Source: an uncultured Solirubrobacterales bacterium (GTDB lineage Bacteria; Actinomycetota; Thermoleophilia; Solirubrobacterales; 70-9). Taken from it: DNA of 64,000 nt. The translations under genes and the position numbers were made by a program. Location of the stretch: the NCBI GenBank assembly GCA_963817945.1, contig CAWFQH010000005.1, positions 117,257 to 181,256 of the forward strand, read 5' to 3'. The notes beneath the pieces are model-generated. The model saw nothing but the letters and a program-made list of their open reading frames with translations. It was not told the origin of the DNA and made no database searches. The first letter of the stretch is position 1, and every line of letters begins with the position of its first letter. Below, in pieces: positions 8,674-16,526 of the stretch.

Positions 8674-9429
8674 ATGCCTTGGGTAGAGACCGAATCTCTC
8701 AGTTTTACGGCCCGCCACGACAGCGGCGACACAGCCTTCGCCGAGCGGACGCTCGACCGCATGGAGGACCTGCGGCTGCGACTGGAGGACCGTTTCGAGA
8801 TCGCGCCGGGGGGGGTCACTGTGGTGATTCACACCAACCCGGCGCTGCTGACGATGGCTCACCCGTTCCTGCCCGCCGCGCGCTGGTCGGCTGCGCCGGC
8901 AGGGCGGCGCTACCTGGCGGGCTGGGCGATGGCCAGCGAGCTGCATGTCCTCAACGATCTGCACATGGAGCGGCGTGCCGCCGGTGACGATTCGAGGGAG
9001 GCGCTGTGCGGAACCGCCGAGCGTCTCTATGCGCAGCTGGTCGTAGCTGCCAACAACCCCGACCTGCCACCGTCCTGGACGCCCCGTCGCTTCGCCCGTT
9101 ACCTCAGCTGGGCCTGGCTGGTCGAGGGCGCCGCCCAGTACTTCGCCCGCCAGTGCGGCCTCTACCGAGCCGCCGTGATCCGCCGCCTGCGCGAGAGCGC
9201 GCGTCCCTCCTTCCCGCCCTCGCGCCGCGATGCGGTGATCCTCGGCGGCACCCTCTTCGACCTGCTCGAGGCCGAACGGGGCGCCGATGCCTGCGTTCGC
9301 CTCGCGCTGCAGCTGCACCCCGAGGGCGCCCGCTCGACTCTCGAAGCAGCCTTCGAAGCGCCCGCCGCCGAGATCGAGGAAGCCTGGCGCGGCTACCTGC
9401 GCGAAACAGCGCGGCCGCTCGCGGTCTAG
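8674..9429 (+). CDS. hypothetical protein
   Basis: 251 aa ORF with high GC3. Its ATG directly abuts the right arm of the palindromic element. No family recognised. Confidence 0.55.
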   Translation: MPWVETESLSFTARHDSGDTAFAERTLDRMEDLRLRLEDRFEIAPGGVTVVIHTNPALLTMAHPFLPAARWSAAPAGRRYLAGWAMASELHVLNDLHMERRAAGDDSREALCGTAERLYAQLVVAANNPDLPPSWTPRRFARYLSWAWLVEGAAQYFARQCGLYRAAVIRRLRESARPSFPPSRRDAVILGGTLFDLLEAERGADACVRLALQLHPEGARSTLEAAFEAPAAEIEEAWRGYLRETARPLAV

Positions 9430-10091
9430 GCCCGAGGGTCTTCGAAGGGGGCAGTCCAGACCTCACCTCGGTGCGTTCTCTCGAGGCCGATCCAGAGGGA
9501 GTTCATTGCCGTGGCCACCACCCTCTCGCGAGGGACGGCCGGATGCTCCGACCACCAGACGGCGAGGCCCTGCAGGACGCCACGTAGGACCACCCAAGCC
9601 ATCTCCAACCCCTCAGCGTCGGCTGCGCCGGCGACGTTCTCCGATCCGGGCTCGGCGACGAACAGCTGCATCACCGCCGCTTTGCTGCGCTCCGCAACCT
9701 CCCGGTGCACCGGCTCGATCTCCGGGTCGCCGACCCCGTCGCGGAAAAGCACCCTGCCGGCGAAGGGATGGGCTTCGACGTAGGCAAACCAGGCGTCACA
9801 GGAACGCGCTATCCGCACGCCGAGGGGATCCGTGCCGGCCAGGTGCTGGCGCCAGACCTGGCGCAGTTCGGCGAAGTGCCGCTCCAATAGGTCCCGGTAA
9901 AGATCAACCTTGGAAGGAAAGTGTTCATAGACGACCGGCGGAGTCACCTCCGACCGCCGTGCGATCTCCGCCATCGAGGCCCCGCGGTACCCGCGCTCGG
10001 CAAAGAGCTCGGTGGCCGCGGCGACAATCACCTCGCGCCGAGCCTCCGCCGTAAGCCTTTGCCGGGGTTCGCGAGCAGCCTCCGTTGACAA
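9426..10091 (-). CDS. TetR/AcrR family transcriptional regulator
   Basis: N-terminal HTH AATELFAERGYRGASMAEIARRSEVTPPVVYEHFPSKVDLY. Confidence 0.9.
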   Translation of the reverse strand: MSTEAAREPRQRLTAEARREVIVAAATELFAERGYRGASMAEIARRSEVTPPVVYEHFPSKVDLYRDLLERHFAELRQVWRQHLAGTDPLGVRIARSCDAWFAYVEAHPFAGRVLFRDGVGDPEIEPVHREVAERSKAAVMQLFVAEPGSENVAGAADAEGLEMAWVVLRGVLQGLAVWWSEHPAVPRERVVATAMNSLWIGLERTHRGEVWTAPFEDPRA

Positions 10092-10138
10092 CTTATTCCT
10101 CCTTAGGTACGGTCCCTAATCACCCTTAGGTTAGCGCC
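10092..10138. promoter_or_regulatory. divergent intergenic region with TTAGG/CCTAA repeats (candidate TetR operator)
   Basis: cctTTAGGtacggtcCCTAAtcacccTTAGGttagc lies between the TetR gene and the divergent 10139 gene. Confidence 0.3.
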
Positions 10139-10810
10139 ATGATCGTCTCCGTCCACATCGCCGACGTCGGCTTACTTCGTGCCCCGCGTCTTCTGCTGAA
10201 ACGCGGCGGCGCATCCTCTCCCGGATCGCTTTACGCGGAGCCAGTGACGACGGCACCGCTGAGCACGAGGGTCTTACCGCGGCCCATGCTGGGTCGCCTT
10301 GGTCTGATCGCCGCCTGGCAGGACGACGCCGCGCTGGACCGGTTCCTGCGCGAGGACCCCTGGGCGGAGCAGCTCGCGGGGGGCTGGCACGTACGACTGG
10401 AACCGCTGCGGGTGTTCGGATCGTGGGCGCAGATGCCGGGCCTGCCGTCGCGGGAGCTCCCGGTCGACGACGACGAGCCGGTCGTCGTGCTCACTCTGGG
10501 GCGGTTGCGCTTGAACCGAGCGTGGCCGTTCCTGCGGAGTGCCGCGGCGGCCGAAGCCGCCGCTGTCGACGACGAGGCGATGATCGCCTCCACCGGCCTC
10601 GCCCGGCCCCCGCATCTCGTTTCCACCTTCTCGATTTGGCGCAGCGCCGCCGAGATGCGCCGCTATGCCTTCGGCAAATCGGGCGCGCACCAAGCGGCGG
10701 TCAAGGCCGACCGCGAGCGTCCCTTCCATCACGAATCAGCGTTCATACGCTTCCGCCCGTACGCCTCGCACGGCAGCTGGGACGGCCGCGACCCACTGGC
10801 GACGATCTAG
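10139..10810 (+). CDS. CrtA-like protein (family often annotated spheroidene monooxygenase), function uncertain
   Basis: GLIAAWQDDAALDRFL...GGWHVRLEPLR...DDEPVVVLTLGRLR...LVSTFSIWRSAAEMRRYA...RPFHHESAFIRFRPY resembles that actinobacterial family. Divergent from the TetR gene. Confidence 0.55.
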   Translation: MIVSVHIADVGLLRAPRLLLKRGGASSPGSLYAEPVTTAPLSTRVLPRPMLGRLGLIAAWQDDAALDRFLREDPWAEQLAGGWHVRLEPLRVFGSWAQMPGLPSRELPVDDDEPVVVLTLGRLRLNRAWPFLRSAAAAEAAAVDDEAMIASTGLARPPHLVSTFSIWRSAAEMRRYAFGKSGAHQAAVKADRERPFHHESAFIRFRPYASHGSWDGRDPLATI

Positions 10811-11038
10811 TCAGGTGACGCCCGGCGTGCCCTCGAGCACTTCGCGCGCCTGCTCGACGAGCTCCTCAGCGACGAGGATCTGACGCGGGCCGGCGGCAAG
10901 GAAGTCGGGAACGTCGAAGCCCGCCTCCCGCTTGACCATGCTGGGGATGCCGTGCGCGGTCAGCAGGCCCTGAATCATTTCTGCCTCCGGCTGCTGCTGC
11001 GCGAAGGCGACCTTGACCAGCTTGCCGCTACCCGACAA
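10811..11038 (-). CDS. DUF2007 (putative signal-transducing) domain protein
   Basis: LVKVAFAQQQPEAEMIQGLLTAHGIPSMVK...GPRQILVAEELVEQAREVLE. The likely TTG start at 11038 overlaps the end of mec by 11 nt. Confidence 0.55.
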   Translation of the reverse strand: MSGSGKLVKVAFAQQQPEAEMIQGLLTAHGIPSMVKREAGFDVPDFLAAGPRQILVAEELVEQAREVLEGTPGVT

Positions 11039-11423
11039 CGAGCTCAGCCTCCGAGATCTTGCCCTCACGAATCCAGAAGCCCTTCACCTCGGGCGCGCCG
11101 GCGTCCGCCAGCGAGGCGATCAGGTAGACCGCGTCGGGCCAGCCGGCCAGGTTGACGTCGGTCTGCGAGGGATAGGCGGGGCTCTTGGTGTGCGAGTGGT
11201 AGATGCCGACCAGATCCTCCCCCGCCCCTTCGATCTCCTGCATCAGCCGAAACTGCTCCTTCGCGTCGATCGAGTAACGAAACGGACTGGCCTCGGCATT
11301 CGCGGCCCGGTACACCGTCCGCGCCTCCCCATCGGCGCCCCCCACCATCCCGCAGCACTCGTTCGGCAGGTCCTCGCGCGCGTGCGCGACGATCTCGTCG
11401 ATCAGGGACTGGGCTATTCGCAT
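11028..11423 (-). CDS. mec: JAMM/MPN+ metalloprotease Mec (CysO-cysteine peptidase)
   Basis: Internal ATG 11423 of ORF 11028..11597. ECCGMVGG...GIYHSHTKSPAYPSQTD is the JAMM H-x-H-x7-S-x2-D motif. It lies directly downstream of cysM. Confidence 0.85.
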   Translation of the reverse strand: MRIAQSLIDEIVAHAREDLPNECCGMVGGADGEARTVYRAANAEASPFRYSIDAKEQFRLMQEIEGAGEDLVGIYHSHTKSPAYPSQTDVNLAGWPDAVYLIASLADAGAPEVKGFWIREGKISEAELVVG

Positions 11424-11439
11424 ACCGAGCCTGCGGCGA

Positions 11440-12420
11440 CTACCACCAGACGGTGGAATCCAGGTTCTCGATCTCGTCGACTGGCTTGGTGTAGACGCCG
11501 GAGGAAAGGTACTTCCAGCCGTCGTCGGGGATGAGGAAGACGACGTTGCCGGCATCGAGCTCATCGCCGATGCGGACGGCGATGCGGGCGATCGCACCAG
11601 AGGAGACGCCGGCGAAGACGCCCTCCTCGTCGAGCAGCTTGCGGGTCCAGACGATCGCGTCGCGGTTGGAGACCATGATCTTGCGGTCGAAGAGGGAGAT
11701 GTCGATGATCGGCGGGATGAAGCCGTCGTCGAGCGAGCGCAGGCCGTGGACCAGCTCGCCCTGCATCGGCTCGGCGGCGACGATCAGCGTCTCCGAGTTG
11801 TGCTCCTTGAGCCGGCGGCCGTTGCCCATCAGGGTGCCCCCGGTGCCGAGGCCTCCGACAAACGCGGTGACCTCGTCCAGCTCTTCGAGGATCTCGACTG
11901 CAGTGCCGTTGTAATGCGCGAGCGGGTTCGCCTCGTTGCCGTACTGGTAAGGCATGTAATAGCGTGAGTCCTCGGCCATCTCCAGCGCCACCTCGACGGC
12001 GCCGTTGGAGCCCTTGGCGCCCTCGGAGTAGACGATCTCCGCCCCGTACATCTCCAGCAGCTGGGTGCGCTCGGAGGTGACGTTGTCGGGCATCACGACC
12101 TTCAGCGGGTAGCCCTTGCGGCGACAGATCATCGCCAGCGAGATGCCGGTGTTGCCCGAGGTCGGCTCGAGGATCGTCTGACCCGGCTCGATCGCGCCCT
12201 CGGCCTCGGCCGCCTCGATCATCGACTTGGCGACGCGGTCCTTGACCGAGCCGGTGGGGTTGCGGCCCTCGAGCTTGGCGTAGATGCGAACGCCGGGCTT
12301 GGGAGAGAGGCGCGGCAGCTCGACCAGCGGCGTGTTGCCGATCGACTCGACGACGTTGCCGAAGCGGCCCCCGCAGGGTCGGTTTAGCAGCTCTCCCGAC
12401 ACTTCAAAAAGTATAGCCAT
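11440..12420 (-). CDS. cysM: PLP-dependent cysteine synthase (CysM-type; start ATG 12420 or GTG 12402)
   Basis: SIGNTPLVEL...NPTGSVKDR...TSGNTGISLA...GGLGTGGT motifs of the fold-type II PLP cysteine synthase family. Confidence 0.9.
   Translation of the reverse strand: MAILFEVSGELLNRPCGGRFGNVVESIGNTPLVELPRLSPKPGVRIYAKLEGRNPTGSVKDRVAKSMIEAAEAEGAIEPGQTILEPTSGNTGISLAMICRRKGYPLKVVMPDNVTSERTQLLEMYGAEIVYSEGAKGSNGAVEVALEMAEDSRYYMPYQYGNEANPLAHYNGTAVEILEELDEVTAFVGGLGTGGTLMGNGRRLKEHNSETLIVAAEPMQGELVHGLRSLDDGFIPPIIDISLFDRKIMVSNRDAIVWTRKLLDEEGVFAGVSSGAIARIAVRIGDELDAGNVVFLIPDDGWKYLSSGVYTKPVDEIENLDSTVWW
12401..12417 (-). promoter_or_regulatory. 17-nt motif GCTATACTTTTTGAAGT (minus strand) with a TANNNT -10-like box, at the cysM start
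   Basis: Identical 17-mer to 14037-14053. TATACT lies 7 nt before in-frame GTG 12402, compatible with a leaderless transcript. Confidence 0.4.
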
Positions 12421-12427
12421 GGGCCGT

Positions 12428-12528
12428 TGAAGCGGCGAGAATCAAGCCTGCCGAGGACGCAGGGAGCGTGGCGTGCTCCGCACGCGAGCGACCGAGGACG
12501 CTGGCAGGCGCCGGTTATCGCCGCTTCA
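12428..12528. repeat. imperfect palindromic intergenic element, copy 3 of 3 (between cysO and cysM)
   Basis: Outer stem tgaagcggcga / tcgccgcttca, second stem gcctgcc / ggcaggc, central hairpin gcgtgc-tcc-gcacgc. It shares ggacgcagggag and gaccgaggacgc with the other copies. The right arm contains the cysO stop codon. Confidence 0.65.
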
Positions 12529-12798
12529 GCCGCCGGCCATGGCGGGGAGGATGACAACGGTGTCGCCGTCGGAGACGGAGGTCTCGAGGCCGTCCAAAAC
12601 CCGTACGTCCTCGTCGTTGAGGTAGACGTTGACGTAGCGGTTGAGGTCACCGTCGGCGCCAAACAGCTGCTCCTCCGTGCCGGGATGCTCCGCCGTCAGC
12701 GCTCGTAGCACCTCGCCCACGTTGCCGCCGGAAGCCTCGACCTCAGATTGCCCGCCAGTGTGTGACTGCAGCACTTTTGGAATACGAATGGTCGCCAT
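12526..12798 (-). CDS. cysO: MoaD/ThiS-family sulfur carrier protein (CysO-like), C-terminal GG
   Basis: 90 aa ending ...TVVILPAMAGG. Located between a ThiF-rhodanese E1 and cysM/mec. Confidence 0.85.
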   Translation of the reverse strand: MATIRIPKVLQSHTGGQSEVEASGGNVGEVLRALTAEHPGTEEQLFGADGDLNRYVNVYLNDEDVRVLDGLETSVSDGDTVVILPAMAGG

Positions 12799-12841
12799 CA
12801 GGACGCGATCCTAGTGAAGAGAGACAGGGCGAGGGGCTAGC

Positions 12842-14002
12842 TCAGCCGGCGCAGAAGAGCTCGTAGTCGGGGAACTTGCCCAGGTCCTCGTCGGCGATCT
12901 GCGGCGCGTCCTCGCCGCAGATCGGGCAGTTCGGGTCGCGCCGCACCTTCAGCTCGGTGAAGCGGGTCCCGAGCGCCTCGAAGAGGAGCAGCCGACCGAT
13001 CAGCGGCTCGCCGATCCCGAGCACCAGCTTCAGCACCTCGTTGGCCTGCAGCAGGCCCATCGTGCCGGCCATCGCCCCGAGCACGCCGTTGGCCGAGCAG
13101 CTCGGCGCCAGCTCCGCCGGCGGCGGCGTCGGGTAGAGGCAGCGGTAGCAAGGCCCCTCGAAAGGCACAAAGGTCGAGATCTGGCCATCAAAGCTGAGGA
13201 TCGAGGCGGAGACGACCGGCTTGCGCAGCCGCACCGAGGCGTCGTTGAGCAGGTAGCGGGTGGGGAAGTTGTCGGCACCGTCGACGATCACGTCGTACTG
13301 GCTGATGATCTCGACGATGTTGGAGGCGTCGAGGCGGCCTTGGTGCTCGACCACGTTCACGTCTGGGTTGAGGGCCTCGATCGTCCGCCGCGCCGACTCG
13401 GTCTTCGGCATGCCGATCCGCTCGGTGTTGTGGATCACTTGCCGCTGCAGGTTGGAGGCGTCGACGACGTCGTCATCGACCAAGCCCATCGTGCCGATGC
13501 CAGCCGCGGCGAGGTAGAGAGCGGTCGGCGCGCCGAGCCCGCCGGCGCCGACCAGCAGCACCTTCGCGTTCAGCATCTTCAGCTGGCCGTCGACCCCCAC
13601 CTCCGGCAGCAGGGTGTGGCGCGAGTAGCGATCGCGCTGCTCGGGGGTCATGCCGCTTGCGGCGACGACGGGGAGCCCCTGCTCTTGCCAGGCGAGGATC
13701 CCGCCGGCCATCGAGGCGACGTTTTCGTAGCCGAGCGCCTGCATCTGCTCCGCCGCCTTGTAGGAGCGGTTGCCGCTGCGGCAGTAGAGAATCGTGCGAG
13801 CCGATTTGTCGGGGGCGGCTGCGGCGATCTCGTCGCCGAGGAGGCCAGGCGGGACCAGCTTGCCGTTCTCGAGGTGGGCCTCCTGGTACTCGTGCGGCTC
13901 GCGCGTGTCGATCAGGACGATGTCGCCGCCCTCGATCTCCGCCGCGGCCTCGAATGGCTCGATCTCCTCGATCTGCTGCTTAGTCTGCGTCTCAGGCGCC
14001 AT
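12842..14002 (-). CDS. rhodanese-ThiF/MoeB fusion (MoeZ-like adenylyltransferase/sulfurtransferase), rhodanese domain N-terminal
   Basis: Rhodanese active-site loop YCRSGNRS near residue 75, then the ThiF nucleotide loop VLLVGAGGLGAP and Zn-site cysteines CYRC...CPIC. Confidence 0.9.
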   Translation of the reverse strand: MAPETQTKQQIEEIEPFEAAAEIEGGDIVLIDTREPHEYQEAHLENGKLVPPGLLGDEIAAAAPDKSARTILYCRSGNRSYKAAEQMQALGYENVASMAGGILAWQEQGLPVVAASGMTPEQRDRYSRHTLLPEVGVDGQLKMLNAKVLLVGAGGLGAPTALYLAAAGIGTMGLVDDDVVDASNLQRQVIHNTERIGMPKTESARRTIEALNPDVNVVEHQGRLDASNIVEIISQYDVIVDGADNFPTRYLLNDASVRLRKPVVSASILSFDGQISTFVPFEGPCYRCLYPTPPPAELAPSCSANGVLGAMAGTMGLLQANEVLKLVLGIGEPLIGRLLLFEALGTRFTELKVRRDPNCPICGEDAPQIADEDLGKFPDYELFCAG

Positions 14003-14036
14003 GCTTCGTAAATCCCCCGAATTCGGATCGGCTTTT

Positions 14037-14053
14037 ACTTCAAAAAGTATAGC
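14037..14053 (-). promoter_or_regulatory. 17-nt motif GCTATACTTTTTGAAGT (minus strand), about 35 nt upstream of the MoeZ-like start
   Basis: Identical to 12401-12417. Followed by a short leader with GGGGGA about 10 nt before ATG 14002. Confidence 0.4.
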
Positions 14054-14238
14054 GGGGATGCTCGGGGGCCAGGGCCGTGTTCTGCGCCACGCCTCCCGTC
14101 GCCACCACGCCCGTCAGTCCGAAGTTTGGGAACCCTTCTGTCCGATCCGGCAATCCGGAGTCTTTTAGCGTCGCGCTTGTGCTACCCAGGGGGGGCAATG
14201 GCAACAAGGGGGGCGCACCGAAGCGTTGAGGAGATCGA

Positions 14239-14427
14239 GTGGCAGGCGAAAACCCGCTGCCCCGCCTCCGTCGGATAAGAGACGAAATCCGCCGCATAGA
14301 CGCACTTATTCCCCAGCGCGATCGCCTGATCCGTCAGGCCGTCGAGCAGGGGTATTCGGAGCGACAAATCGCAAAAGCGGCGGGCGTCCATCACACCCGC
14401 GTCAACCAGATCAAGCATAGTCGCTAA
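14239..14427 (+). CDS. small helical protein with C-terminal HTH
   Basis: 62 aa; ...QGYSERQIAKAAGVHHTRVNQIKHSR resembles a sigma-region-4/HTH tail. Same architecture as the element-borne ORF 41801..42022. Confidence 0.45.
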   Translation: MAGENPLPRLRRIRDEIRRIDALIPQRDRLIRQAVEQGYSERQIAKAAGVHHTRVNQIKHSR

Positions 14428-14437
14428 GCGCTTTTTG

Positions 14438-14469
14438 CCAGCGCCCTCGCCCGAGGGCGAGGGCGCTGG
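14438..14469 (+). terminator. 14-bp perfect stem-loop downstream of the small HTH gene
   Basis: ccagcgccctcgcc-cgag-ggcgagggcgctgg, 11 nt after the stop. No U-tract follows it. Confidence 0.4.
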
Positions 14470-14652
14470 GACGCAGTGTCGGGCCCTGCCTAGCGCTTTT
14501 CCTAGCGCCCCCGCACTGCGGCTTCATCTCCGGCCCTAGGTTGGCAACCCTGCCGTTGCGGCCCTCGAAGGCGACTTTGGCGCGGTTCTTGCCCGCACAG
14601 AGGTTGCGGCGCTTGTTTGCGGGGAGATTTGGGCTCGTGGCCGGGCGCCCAT

Positions 14653-14690
14653 AAGGACCGAAGGCCCGCTTTCGCGGGCCTTCGGTCCTT
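14653..14690 (-). terminator. 17-bp perfect stem-loop downstream of htpX
   Basis: aaggaccgaaggcccgc-tttc-gcgggccttcggtcctt, 14 nt beyond the htpX stop. No clear U-tract. Confidence 0.5.
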
Positions 14691-14703
14691 AGATGTTGGC
14701 TGT

Positions 14704-15564
14704 TCAGCCGAGGCTGGGCCGCATCTGGCGCAGTCGCTTCACCCGCTCCTCGATCGGCGGGTGAGTCGAGAAGAGGCCCGCGATGCCCCCGGCCTTGAAG
14801 GGCTTGACGATGTAGAGGGGCTCGGCCGCCTGGTTGACCTGCATCGGGATCGCCTGGGCCCCCTGCTCGAGGCGCAGGAGGGCGCTGGCGAGGGACTCCG
14901 GGTTGCCGCAGATCTGGGCGCCGCCGGCGTCGGCCGCGTACTCACGCTGACGCGAGATCGAAAGCTGGATGATCGAGGCCGCGATCGGGGCCAGCAAGAC
15001 CATCGCCAGCGAGGCGACGAGGCTGAGCGGCGACTCGTCGTCGCCACCGAACCACATCATCATGTAGGCGAGATAGGTGATGGCGGCGCCGATCGCCGCG
15101 GCGACTGACTGGATCAGGATGTCGCGGTGCTGGATGTGGGCGAGCTCGTGGGCGAGGACGCCGCGCAGCTCGTCCTCGGAGAGCAGTTTGGTGATCCCCT
15201 GCGTCACCGCCACCGCCGAGTGCTTCGGGTTGCGGCCGGTAGCGAAGGCGTTGGGCTGGTCCTGCGGGATCATGTAAAGGCGCGGCATCGGCAGGCCGGC
15301 GCGCGTCGTCAGTTCGCGCACGATCTGGTAGAGCCGCGGCGCTTCGGACTCGTCGATCGGCTTGGCCCCGCTCATCTTCAAGGCCAGCTTGTCGCTGAAG
15401 AAGTAGGAGCCCAGATTGATCAGGAGGGCGATGAAGAGGAAGACGCCCGCCGTGCTCGGGCCGCCGATCAACGCACCGATCAGGACCAGCAGGCCAGAAA
15501 GCGAGGCCAGCAGGATGGTCGTGCGCAGGGTGGCGCCCCAGGTGGACTGCTTGGTGGTGGTCAT
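14704..15564 (-). CDS. htpX: M48 zinc metalloprotease HtpX
   Basis: HELAHIQHRD (HExxH), four TM segments and typical HtpX length. Confidence 0.9.
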   Translation of the reverse strand: MTTTKQSTWGATLRTTILLASLSGLLVLIGALIGGPSTAGVFLFIALLINLGSYFFSDKLALKMSGAKPIDESEAPRLYQIVRELTTRAGLPMPRLYMIPQDQPNAFATGRNPKHSAVAVTQGITKLLSEDELRGVLAHELAHIQHRDILIQSVAAAIGAAITYLAYMMMWFGGDDESPLSLVASLAMVLLAPIAASIIQLSISRQREYAADAGGAQICGNPESLASALLRLEQGAQAIPMQVNQAAEPLYIVKPFKAGGIAGLFSTHPPIEERVKRLRQMRPSLG

Positions 15565-15668
15565 CGCATAGCTCCTGTTCGAGTTTCGGACAGCCTTGAA
15601 ATGCGGTCCTGAAAGTATTCCGCCACCCGGCCGAATCCCCTATAGGGGACAACCCCTATTCTCGCCCT

Positions 15669-16526
15669 GTGACGACCCTGGTCATCGTCGCGCTTGCGGT
15701 TCTCGCGGCGGTCCTCGCCCTCAGCCTCGTGCGGCTCCAGCGTCGCTTCGCGCCGCTGGAGAGCCTGATCGAGGAGATGGAGAAGGTCGACCTGAGCCGA
15801 TCCGGGCCCGTCCTGCCCGCCTCGATCGACGGCGTCGGCGAGACCGAGGAGGTCGAGCGACTCGAGCTGGCCTTCCTGCGGATGATGCGGCGCCTCGAGG
15901 CGGAGCGCTTGCGCGCCGGCAGCGCCGCCCTGCGGGCGCAAGAGCAGGAGCGGGCGCGGGTGGCACGCGACCTACACGACGAGGTGAACCAGTCACTTAC
16001 GGGTCTACTGCTGCGACTGGAGGCGGTGCGTGAGGGCGCGCCACCGGAGCTGAGGCCCGAACTGGATGCGACTAAGGCAGTGGCCAACCAGGCGATGCTG
16101 GAGCTGCTCTCGCTGGCTCGGCAGCTGCGGCCTACCGCGCTCGACGACCTCGGCCTCGCTGCCGCAATCGCCGGCCAGGTCGAGCAGATCGCCGCAGCCG
16201 GATTCGTCGCCGAGCTTGAGGCCGACGGCGACTTCTCCGACCTCAACGACGACGTGCAGCTGGTCGTCTACCGCGTCGCCCAGGAGGCCCTCTCCAACGC
16301 AACCCGGCACAGCGAGGCGACGCGCATCGACGTAGGCCTGAGGCGCACCGAGAGCGGTGTCGAGCTGGAGGTCGCCGACGACGGCGCCGGCTTCGCCTTC
16401 GACCGGTCCGAGCAGGGGCTGGGAATCGCCGGGATGCGGGAGCGAGCGCTGCTCGTCGGCGGCGAGCTGACGATCGAGTCGCGGCCGGAGCAGGGCACCA
16501 CCGTCCGCCTCTCGATCAGGGCCTAG
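15669..16526 (+). CDS. sensor histidine kinase (HisKA_3/NarL-partner type)
   Basis: One N-terminal TM segment, H-box RVARDLHDEVNQSL, ATPase boxes EALSNATRHS and DDGAGF...GLGIAGMRERA. Confidence 0.85.
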   Translation: MTTLVIVALAVLAAVLALSLVRLQRRFAPLESLIEEMEKVDLSRSGPVLPASIDGVGETEEVERLELAFLRMMRRLEAERLRAGSAALRAQEQERARVARDLHDEVNQSLTGLLLRLEAVREGAPPELRPELDATKAVANQAMLELLSLARQLRPTALDDLGLAAAIAGQVEQIAAAGFVAELEADGDFSDLNDDVQLVVYRVAQEALSNATRHSEATRIDVGLRRTESGVELEVADDGAGFAFDRSEQGLGIAGMRERALLVGGELTIESRPEQGTTVRLSIRA

